Shown here: positions 7,734 through 14,879 of the stretch, piece after piece
Layout: each line of letters opens with the position of its first letter
Numbering within the stretch: the stretch's first letter is position 1
Virus record (IMG/VR): IMGVR_UViG_3300046467_001725
Span: 1 to 24,633 of that record
Origin: a virus
Lineage: Duplodnaviria > Caudoviricetes
DNA: 24,633 bases
Reading direction: 5' to 3' (one strand)
Program-made: the position numbers and the translations under genes
The notes under the pieces: generated by a model
Told to the model about the DNA's origin: nothing
The model's database searches: none
What the model saw: only the letters and a program-made list of their open reading frames with translations

Positions 7734-8517
7734 AATTTTTGGCGAGGAGTGAAGAATTTATAAGATTCAGGGTGGACCACCAAAAAATTCTACCGATTAT
7801 TTGAATGCGCTGTTCCATCACCTCCTCGAACGAATAATCTTCGTCGGCGTATTCTTCGCGGTTGAAGCTTCTTAGGCGAATGCCACCGGGGATACGGTAG
7901 AGAAATTTGACCCTCAATAGACCGTCATGATCGAGCGCATAAATTTGCCCGTCGATGATCTTGGTCGTTCCCTTGTCAACGCCAAGCGTCGCGCGGTCAA
8001 GGATTAGTGGATGGTTAGAATTACCCGTATTCGTGGCGCACGCTGCGTTAGAGGGATCCACACCTGCTTTGCGCAATGTGTAGCTGGAAAACCAAACCTT
8101 GCGCCCTTCGTCAATCTGGACCGTTGATTTTCCAAGCCCTGAAGCTATCTCGACTTCCTTGTAAAGTGGCAAGGCGATCTCCCCTGCTTCCATTGGGGTT
8201 AAATCGTCCCATAGCGAAAGCTCCCCGAGAACAAAAGGGGAGCCGTCGTGTGGACGAAGCTTGTGGGTGGCTTCGTTGGTCGATTGCGAGCCAGGGGCGA
8301 TACCCAGCTCAAGCCAATCCACGTCGACCTGAAGTGCTCGTGCTATTGCAGGTAGGAACCGACTTTTTTGGGACTTACCAGAGCTTATCTTCTGAATGCT
8401 TGCTTGTGTGCACCCAGCAGCTGTAGCTAAAGCCTCTTGGCTGAGGCTGCGCTGAGACATCGCATGATTTAGGCGATCTGCGAGGGTGGGTAGCTGAGTT
8501 TTATCTAAATAGTTCAT
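7732..8517 (-). CDS. cI: CI-like repressor (XRE HTH + S24 peptidase; PrtR-like)
   Basis: TLADRL...LSQEALA.AAG.TQASIQKI..G HTH; S24 region GNS.HP and RVKFLY; divergent from cro. Confidence 0.93.
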   Translation of the reverse strand: MNYLDKTQLPTLADRLNHAMSQRSLSQEALATAAGCTQASIQKISSGKSQKSRFLPAIARALQVDVDWLELGIAPGSQSTNEATHKLRPHDGSPFVLGELSLWDDLTPMEAGEIALPLYKEVEIASGLGKSTVQIDEGRKVWFSSYTLRKAGVDPSNAACATNTGNSNHPLILDRATLGVDKGTTKIIDGQIYALDHDGLLRVKFLYRIPGGIRLRSFNREEYADEDYSFEEVMEQRIQIIGRIFWWSTLNLINSSLLAKN

Positions 8518-8526
8518 GAATGCAGG

Positions 8527-8594
8527 TTATAACTCTGGTTATAAAAAGTCCAACAGCTAAAGTTGTTGACCGATTAATCTCAAGGTTATAATCT
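8527..8594 (+). promoter_or_regulatory. OR operator cluster and PR promoter
   Basis: Palindrome TTATAAC-TCTG-GTTATAA (8527-8544), ACAGCTAAAGTTGT (8553-8566) and AATCTCAAGGTTAT (8576-8589), spaced 23-24 bp. -35 TTGACC (8566), 17 bp, -10 TAATCT (8589). Confidence 0.7.
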
Positions 8595-8624
8595 CTGCAT
8601 CGTTTACTCATTTGAGGTCTTCTC

Positions 8625-8912
8625 ATGACTACAAATTGCCTTGAACAAACTGGCCCGGTTGCCGGAACCGTTTCCGAAGGCCATGCCGCGCTTATGCGAG
8701 TTCTAGAGGTCTGTGGTAACAACCAATCTGAATTGGCTCGTCGCTGCAATGTTAAGCAGCCGCACGTTTGGAAGTGGCTTAAGACGGGGCGGGTGCCTAC
8801 AGAGCGTGTTCATTCGGTTGCTCGGGCCTCGGAAGGCAAGGTTCAACCTCACGAGCTGCGCCCGGATCTACCAGACCTTTTCCCGGTACCTATTTTTCAA
8901 GCTGCTGCATAA
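8625..8912 (+). CDS. cro: Cro-like repressor (YdaS/Cro family)
   Basis: NQSELARRCNVKQPHVWKWL...VP.ER...V.PHELRPDL; divergent from cI. Confidence 0.9.
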   Translation: MTTNCLEQTGPVAGTVSEGHAALMRVLEVCGNNQSELARRCNVKQPHVWKWLKTGRVPTERVHSVARASEGKVQPHELRPDLPDLFPVPIFQAAA

Positions 8913-8919
8913 GGCTTAG

Positions 8920-8943
8920 AAAAAAGGCGACCGAAAGGCCGCC
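8920..8943 (-). terminator. Intrinsic terminator oriented for a leftward (antisense) transcript
   Basis: Minus strand GGCGGCC-TTTC-GGTCGCC-TTTTTT; the central G-U pair and the U-tract exist only on the minus strand. Confidence 0.6.
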
Positions 8944-8951
8944 CAGTTCCT

Positions 8952-9246
8952 CCCGGCAGACACCACCACAGTGCTGTCGGGTCGCGATAAAAGTCGGCGG
9001 GCACACCACATGCTAAACCGCCTCCTTTTACCGCGCTGCCAAGGCACGGATGCCTTGGGTTGCTGCCTCCTCCACCACAGATCAGGCAGCTGTTGCGCCA
9101 GAGGTGAGTGACGGATCGTTCGCCTCGGCACGGTGCCGGTTTTGATCTTGAGGATCTGACCGGCGTTTGGGCCCTTTCAAGCCACGCGGCAAATGTATCA
9201 CTACTGCACGCCGCGCGGCACTGGCAACTTATAAGGATTAATGCCA
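8952..9246 (+). ncRNA. Putative structured cis-regulatory leader RNA between cro and cII (hairpin array)
   Basis: Eight consecutive stem-loops: three CACCACA loops (8964, 9004, 9073), one TCACTAC loop (9198), two A-CGGA-T loops (9047, 9112), one TTGAG loop (9148) and one stem enclosing the cII SD. G-U pairs mostly favour the plus strand. Confidence 0.7.
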
Positions 9247-9764
9247 TGAGCCGAATCGCTCTGAGTTGCGTTGATCGAGCAACGCGGGAAATCCTGCCCC
9301 TCGATTTGGCGCTCTACCATGCCGCTCGGGATTATCCCGGTGGCGCAGCAGCAATAGCCGCCACCACTGGCCGCAATCCCACCACCCTTCAGCACAAGCT
9401 TTCTCCAACGCACCCCAGCCACTCCGTGAATATTCAGGAGTTCGGCGAAATTCTCGAACTGACTAAAGACCGCCGCATTCTTGATGCGGTGCATGCCTTA
9501 GTGGGTGACACAACCTGGCAAGAGCTGGCTGAGGCATACACCAACGACATGCCGGAAACCCTAACCACGGGAATTGCGGAGTATTTCAGGCGGGTAGCTG
9601 ATCTGGCGGATACCTGGGCCAAAAGCATTGGCGACGGGGTTGTTAGTGACCACGAACTGGCCGAGATACACCTGCAGGTGTTCCGAGGTATTCAAGCGTT
9701 GTTAGGGATGTTGAACCGCGCCGCTTATGTTAACGAATCGACTCGAGGTGCGAGCCATGGGTGA
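9246..9764 (+). CDS. cII: Phage regulatory protein CII (CP76-like family)
   Basis: ALYHAARDYPGG..AIA...G.N.TTLQHKLSP; start reassigned to ATG 9246 (SD AAGGA). Confidence 0.85.
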   Translation: MSRIALSCVDRATREILPLDLALYHAARDYPGGAAAIAATTGRNPTTLQHKLSPTHPSHSVNIQEFGEILELTKDRRILDAVHALVGDTTWQELAEAYTNDMPETLTTGIAEYFRRVADLADTWAKSIGDGVVSDHELAEIHLQVFRGIQALLGMLNRAAYVNESTRGASHG

Positions 9765-9984
9765 CATTGCGGACTTTGCCAATGACCTAGTGCAAGAGAG
9801 TCTGGATCAAGCGCTCGCCGCCCGAAACGCAGCGAAATCGCCATTTGTGAACCACTCATTTTTGCTCTGTGAAGCCTGTGATGACCCTATTCCTGAAGCT
9901 CGGCGCATAGCCCAGCAGGGTTGCACTCTCTGTATTGATTGCAAAAATTTAGATGATCTACGGCGCGCTCGCTATGCTCGATGA
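9757..9984 (+). CDS. TraR/DksA C4 zinc-finger protein
   Basis: MGDIADFAND...CEACDDPIPEARR...GCTLCIDC; SD GAGG. Confidence 0.9.
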   Translation: MGDIADFANDLVQESLDQALAARNAAKSPFVNHSFLLCEACDDPIPEARRIAQQGCTLCIDCKNLDDLRRARYAR

Positions 9985-12193
9985 AGTCCTCGGTCAGTTT
10001 GCAGACTACGGCCTGGATCCCAAGCTACCTTTGGAGTTTGGCAAAATCACCCGTTGCAAGGCCGCACAGGACAAGGGCAAGGAGAAGAATGGGTGGTATG
10101 TCATTCATGAGTATAAAACCCAGAAAAATGAGACGTTAATCTTCGGTGCGTTTGGCGACTGGCGTTCCGGCGAAACCCAGAAAATTAAGGTCAAAGCCGG
10201 ACGCATGAGCTCCGAGGAACGCGAGGTCATGCGCGCTCGTCAGGAGGAAGCCAAACTTCGAGCGGCGGAGATCGCGGCCAGTTCGGCGCGGCGCGCTGCC
10301 AGCCGTGCTGCGGGTCTGTTTAAACGTATGCCCGAGAAGGGCAAGAGTGCCTATCTGGACCGAAAGCAGATCGTCGGTTTCAAAGTTCGTTATGCACCGC
10401 GTACTGGCGCATTTTTAGTGCCTATGTGCAATGTGCGGGATCAGATCGTCGGCTTGCAAGTGATCTTCCCGGAAAAGCAAGAAGATACCGGGCGTGATAA
10501 AGCGTACTGGCCCTACGGCATGTCGAAAGAGGGCGCCTTCCACTTGATTGGCCCCCATCCTGAACCAGGGGAGCCTGTATTGGTGTGTGAGGGCTACGCC
10601 ACGGGCGCTAGCCTGCATATGGCGACGTCGCTCACCGTCGCGATTGCCTTTGACGCAGGTAATTTGCTGCCAGTTTCCAAAGCAATGCGTGAGCGTTTTC
10701 CCGGTTGTCCCCTGATCGTTTGTCGCGATGATGACTGGAAGACCAAGCGACCCAATGGTGACCCCTGGAACCCAGGTGAAGAAAAGGCCAGTAACGCCGC
10801 TTTAATCGTTGGTGGCCAGGTAGTAGCGCCTGTCTTCTCCGTTGAACGTGAAATCAAATGGACCGACTTCAACGACCTGCATGTTGCCGAGGGATTGGAG
10901 GCCGTTCGCCGCCAGGTGTTGGCGGTGGTCAAACCACCTGCAGCAGGAGGATGGAAGGATCGATTGGCCCGTACTGAAAACGGCTCGCTCATCGCGCACA
11001 TGCAAAATGTCGAACTCATTCTGGGCAATGACGAACGCTGGGCCGGAGTTATCGGTTACAGCGTATTCAGTTCCAAAATTGTCAAACTCCGATCCCCACC
11101 CTTTGGCGGCGGAGTCGGTGACTGGGCCGACATAGATGACATGCGAGTGATGAAGTGGCTCGCGCAGCAATACAACCTGAGAGTCAAGGCAACCCACGTG
11201 ATCGAGGCCGTGAGCGTGGTCGCCCACGACCATTCTTTTCATCCGGTATGTGAATACTTGGAAAAGCTGGAGTGGGACCGCGTCCCTCGACTGGGGAGCT
11301 GGCTGACGGATGTGATGGGTGTTCTGCCAACTGAGTATTCGAGCAAGGTCGGCAAGCGCTGGCTCATCTCTGCGGTAGCACGGGTAATGCGGCCAGGCTG
11401 CAAAGCAGACTCTGTTTTGATCCTCGAGGGCGGTCAGGGCGAGGGCAAATCCACCGCCATCGGCATCCTCGGTGGTGAGTGGTTCATGGATACGCCATTC
11501 GCCCTGGGCGACAAAGACAGCTTTCAGGCTATTCGAGGTAAATGGTTAGTCGAGTTGGGGGAGTTAGACAGTTTCAATAAGGCCGAGAGTACCAAGGCCA
11601 AGCAATTTTTTTCAGCATCGACCGACACCTATCGCGAGAGTTATGGCCGAAGAACAAACGACGTGCCACGCCAGTGTGTGTTCGTGGGCACCACCAACCA
11701 AGAGGAATATCTCAAGGATGCTACAGGCAACCGCCGCTATTGGCCGGTGTTCTGCAATAAGGTCGACTTAGACACGCTGCGCGAGATCCGTGATCAATTG
11801 TGGGCCGAGGCGTTGGTTTGCTTTGAGGCCGGTGATATTTGGTGGGTAACGAGAGACGAGTCATGGATGTTTGCCGAGGCCCAGGACGAACGCTTTGTGG
11901 TGGATGAATGGGAGGGGCTGATTCTGACTTGGTTGGAAGAGTCGCAGATCGGCGAGACCGCCACCGGCAATGAGATTTTGAGCCAGGCCCTGAAGCTGGA
12001 CTATGGCCACTGGGGCAAGCCCGAACAGATGCGAGTAGGGGCGATCATGCATCGTCTGGGGTGGCGGAAAAAGCGCATGCCGGCATTGGCGAAGAGCGGC
12101 GTGCGGCCATGGGCCTATCAGAAACCGGAAGGGTGGGGGCGCGCTTCAACGCTGCAGCAGACCTCGGTAGAGGAGCCATGCTTCGATGATTAA
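9974..12193 (+). CDS. Toprim primase fused to VapE/VirE-family helicase
   Basis: Toprim CEGYATG...AFDAGNL...DDD...TDFNDL; Walker A GGQGEGKST; ELGELD; GTTN...D.TGNRRYWP. Confidence 0.92.
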   Translation: MLDEVLGQFADYGLDPKLPLEFGKITRCKAAQDKGKEKNGWYVIHEYKTQKNETLIFGAFGDWRSGETQKIKVKAGRMSSEEREVMRARQEEAKLRAAEIAASSARRAASRAAGLFKRMPEKGKSAYLDRKQIVGFKVRYAPRTGAFLVPMCNVRDQIVGLQVIFPEKQEDTGRDKAYWPYGMSKEGAFHLIGPHPEPGEPVLVCEGYATGASLHMATSLTVAIAFDAGNLLPVSKAMRERFPGCPLIVCRDDDWKTKRPNGDPWNPGEEKASNAALIVGGQVVAPVFSVEREIKWTDFNDLHVAEGLEAVRRQVLAVVKPPAAGGWKDRLARTENGSLIAHMQNVELILGNDERWAGVIGYSVFSSKIVKLRSPPFGGGVGDWADIDDMRVMKWLAQQYNLRVKATHVIEAVSVVAHDHSFHPVCEYLEKLEWDRVPRLGSWLTDVMGVLPTEYSSKVGKRWLISAVARVMRPGCKADSVLILEGGQGEGKSTAIGILGGEWFMDTPFALGDKDSFQAIRGKWLVELGELDSFNKAESTKAKQFFSASTDTYRESYGRRTNDVPRQCVFVGTTNQEEYLKDATGNRRYWPVFCNKVDLDTLREIRDQLWAEALVCFEAGDIWWVTRDESWMFAEAQDERFVVDEWEGLILTWLEESQIGETATGNEILSQALKLDYGHWGKPEQMRVGAIMHRLGWRKKRMPALAKSGVRPWAYQKPEGWGRASTLQQTSVEEPCFDD

Positions 12194-12551
12194 GCGAATC
12201 GATGAAATGCTCAAGATCTGGGCGCAGGATCTGCATCAACTTTCGACTGTTAGTGACCGTGGCTCGACCGGAGGCAACATAATTGCCACCTTGATGGCGT
12301 GTAAGGGTGAGTTGATACGTGGAACGCGAGGCAGTCGGGTGCTACTAGATGAGTCGGCTGATATAGAGCTAATTGTTCATAAGCACCTGCCACCTCGACT
12401 TGCGCTAGTGGTGCTGGAGCACTACTGCAACGATGAGAGCTTCCTTTCTCAAAAGCTAAAGCACTGTGCCTGTAGCTCACGGACTTATTACATGCGGTTG
12501 CATGAGGCTCACGAATTCATTCAGGGCATGCTGATGGGGAAGGCTGCATGA
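12186..12551 (+). CDS. PA0613-like protein; putative Q-type late regulator
   Basis: MI..IDE.L..WA N-terminus and C-terminal HTH (SSRTYYMRLHEAH); sits between the replication genes and the holin. Confidence 0.6.
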   Translation: MIKRIDEMLKIWAQDLHQLSTVSDRGSTGGNIIATLMACKGELIRGTRGSRVLLDESADIELIVHKHLPPRLALVVLEHYCNDESFLSQKLKHCACSSRTYYMRLHEAHEFIQGMLMGKAA

Positions 12552-12576
12552 ACCATGGCATTACTCCGCATGGCTT

Positions 12577-12854
12577 TGTCCTACTGTCCGGCCTTGTCCA
12601 ACTGCCATTTAGCGCAGTCGGACAGGCGCACGCCGCGAGATTGCTGGGCTGTCCTACTGTCCAGCCTTTGCCCATCACATGTGCATATATGCGTAGCGTG
12701 CACGTAGTCGCGCCCATGGCGCGTACGCGTGTTTGAATTTTCTCTCTCTATACACGAGAGAAAAGTAAATAAAGTTGGACAGTAGGGCAGAGCCCCGAAT
12801 TTAGGCGCTTGTAGCTGTCCTACTTAAGTGATGAATAGTAGGACAGGTAGGACA
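12577..12854. repeat. Iteron-like octamer array (consensus TGTCCTAC); putative replication origin
   Basis: 11 copies or variants in both orientations at 12577, 12585, 12595, 12617r, 12650, 12658, 12774r, 12782r, 12816, 12838r, 12847r, around a palindromic/AT-rich core. Confidence 0.75.
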
Positions 12855-12884
12855 GCGTATTAGAAGCGATAGCCGAATTGATGC

Positions 12885-12939
12885 ATTCACCCTGAGTTGT
12901 ACCTGCGTTACACCCGCGTCTCACCCATATTGATCCATG
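12885..12939 (+). repeat. Five degenerate direct repeats with 11-bp period upstream of the late promoter
   Basis: ATTCACCCTGA GTTGTACCTGC GTTACACCCGC GTCTCACCCAT ATTGATCCATG. Confidence 0.6.
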
Positions 12940-12953
12940 GCGTTAAATATCCC

Positions 12954-12982
12954 TTGCTGCCAGTAAAATCCACCTGTAAAAA
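12954..12982 (+). promoter_or_regulatory. Putative late promoter (PR'-like)
   Basis: TTGCTG-17 bp-TAAAAA ahead of the terminator and holin; weak -10 match. Confidence 0.4.
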
Positions 12983-13033
12983 GTAGTCATCTTCGATAGG
13001 TGCGGCTGCAAAGAGCGGTACACACCACCACAC

Positions 13034-13059
13034 AAAACCCGGCCCTGGCGCCGGGTTTT
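13034..13059 (+). terminator. tR'-like intrinsic terminator before the holin
   Basis: AAAACCCGGC-CCTGGC-GCCGGGTTTT. Confidence 0.7.
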
Positions 13060-13079
13060 CGCGTTTATGAGGCCGGGAA

Positions 13080-13424
13080 ATGACCAACGAACAGCAAGCG
13101 CTGGCAGAAATGCCGATCTGGTTAGTGATCGTCCTGGCCCTGGTGGGGGGGGTGTCGGGCGAGATGTGGCGAGCGGACAAGGAGGGTGCCCGGGGTTGGG
13201 CATTGATACGGCGGCTGGCCCTTCGGTCGGGCGCCTGCGTGGTGTGCGGGGTATCGGCGATCATGCTGCTGTACGCGGCGGGCATGTCGATCTGGACATC
13301 CGGCGCACTGGGATGCCTCACCGCAATGGCAGGGGCAGACGTTGCCATCGGGCTGTACGAGCGCTGGACTGCCAAGCGCCTGGGCCTCCAGGAGGCTGAA
13401 GCCAAGGGGGAGGCCGGACCTTAA
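13080..13424 (+). CDS. Phage holin (LydA/pyocin-holin-like)
   Basis: Three hydrophobic segments; MTNEQQAL.EMPIW..I.LAL.GGVSGEMWRADK.G. Confidence 0.88.
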   Translation: MTNEQQALAEMPIWLVIVLALVGGVSGEMWRADKEGARGWALIRRLALRSGACVVCGVSAIMLLYAAGMSIWTSGALGCLTAMAGADVAIGLYERWTAKRLGLQEAEAKGEAGP

Positions 13425-13443
13425 TCATCCAGGGGCAATGACC

Positions 13444-14175
13444 ATGATGCGACTTGAGATGCGTGACAACATCGACAAGATCGTCAGGGAGATGCGTGGG
13501 CTCAGCAAGTCGAAGGTGCCAATAGCCGCTGCCAAAGCGCTGACCTTCACCGCCGAACGCGTCCAGGCAGCTGAGAAGGCCGAGATTGAGCGAGTGTTCG
13601 ATAGGCCCACACGGTGGACGCTCAACTCGGTCTTCAAGCGCAGTGCCACGACCAGCCGCCTGTTTGCCCGTGTGTGGATCAAGGACGAAGCCAGCTCAGG
13701 CGTGCCCGCCTCCAAGTACCTGCCGGTCCACATTGACGGTGGCAACCGACCACACAAGCGATTTGAGAAAGCGCTGATCCACTACGGCTTGATGCCAGCG
13801 GACATGTACGCCGTCCCTGGTCGGCGCGCCAGGATGGATGGCAACGGCAATATCAGTCGCGGCCAGATCGTGCAGATCTTGTCCGCACTCGGAGCAGCTG
13901 AGCGGGTGTCGGGCTTCATGGCCAACCGCACTCAGCGCAGCCGGCGCCGTAACCGCAACGCACCGGACTATTTCGTGGGTCGACCTGGCAATGGCACCGG
14001 CCCTTTGGGTATCTGGCAGCGGATCGGCAGCGGGGCACGGCCCATCCTGATCTTCGTCAAGCGCCCGACGTATCGGCGGCGCTTTGACTTCTACGGGGTA
14101 GCCAATCGCGTCGCCGAGGCCGAGTTCGAGCCGCTGTTCCGGCGTGCCCTGGCACGGGAGATGGAGCGAGGCTGA
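13444..14175 (+). CDS. Conserved phage protein, possibly neck/tail-completion (lambda gpZ-like)
   Basis: Basic protein with P.A.AKALT.TA and VFDRPTRWTLNS. SD AGGGG; the start could be 13438, 13444 or 13447. Confidence 0.7.
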   Translation: MMRLEMRDNIDKIVREMRGLSKSKVPIAAAKALTFTAERVQAAEKAEIERVFDRPTRWTLNSVFKRSATTSRLFARVWIKDEASSGVPASKYLPVHIDGGNRPHKRFEKALIHYGLMPADMYAVPGRRARMDGNGNISRGQIVQILSALGAAERVSGFMANRTQRSRRRNRNAPDYFVGRPGNGTGPLGIWQRIGSGARPILIFVKRPTYRRRFDFYGVANRVAEAEFEPLFRRALAREMERG

Positions 14176-14275
14176 CCTCTCGTCGGCTTCGTGCATTTAT
14201 CCTCAAAAAATGGCGATTTTTCAATGATTTGTCGGGGTTTTGGCTTGACAGGTCGACCTTCGACCCAAAATCAAT

Positions 14276-14320
14276 GGGTCCTTCCAGGCAGCGGGGCCAT
14301 CGGGGTAATTCGAACCCCGA
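14276..14320 (+). other. Putative cos site (cosQ + cosN-like dyad)
   Basis: GGGTCCT (identical to lambda cosQ) at 14276-14282, then 17 bp later the dyad TCGGGGT-AATTCGA-ACCCCGA, just upstream of the small terminase. Confidence 0.65.
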
Positions 14321-14384
14321 CTTTTTTGCAGATTCAACCCGACATAGGGGGTTCCGCTTCCCCTTGAGTAACAGGACCAGACCA

Positions 14385-14879
14385 ATGCCGACCCAACTTG
14401 AAATCGCCGAGCACCTGGATATGAGTGAGCGGGCGGCGCGTGATGTGCTCAAGCGGTTGAACCTGGATTGGCAAGCCGTAAGCCTTGCCGATATTCGTAC
14501 CGCCTATATCCGTGATTTGCGCGAAAAAGCCGCTGGGCGCGGGGGCAGCCAACTTGAACGGCTCAACAAGGCGCGCATTGATGACCTGGAAATGAAGGCG
14601 GCAAATGGGCGGCTGGTGTATCACGAAAAGTTGCGCACATTGATCCCGGCAGATGATGCTGAACAGGTGCTGGCCGATTGGGCCAGTTACGCCAATCTTG
14701 AATATCTGGGCTGTATTGAGCGACTCATACAGGACATCGACAACGTGCTGAAAGTCACGGTAGATCGAGCAGGGGTAAACAAAATTGTTGGACCTACACT
14801 CGAGCGAATTGCAGGCTATGCGCAAAACCTTGGCACGCAGCTTGTTGGCAGCAGCGACGAGGTTCAGCCCGCCGCGTGA
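14385..14879 (+). CDS. Terminase small subunit (Nu1-like)
   Basis: N-terminal wHTH TQLEIAEHLDMSERA, AYIRDLREKAAGR, coiled coil; SD AGGA. Confidence 0.85.
   Translation: MPTQLEIAEHLDMSERAARDVLKRLNLDWQAVSLADIRTAYIRDLREKAAGRGGSQLERLNKARIDDLEMKAANGRLVYHEKLRTLIPADDAEQVLADWASYANLEYLGCIERLIQDIDNVLKVTVDRAGVNKIVGPTLERIAGYAQNLGTQLVGSSDEVQPAA

Noticed and set aside
8952-9219. Hairpin array as a CRISPR-like or tRNA array
   Set aside because: Only 7-nt loops repeat and the stems differ. There is no repeat-spacer periodicity, no cloverleaf and no cas gene.
12548-12736. 62-aa ORF overlapping the PA0613-like stop (ATGA)
   Set aside because: It runs through the octamer array and its sequence appears dictated by the repeats. 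It cannot be fully excluded.
13010-13017. boxA-like CGCTCTTT
   Set aside because: It lies on the minus strand, opposite to late transcription.
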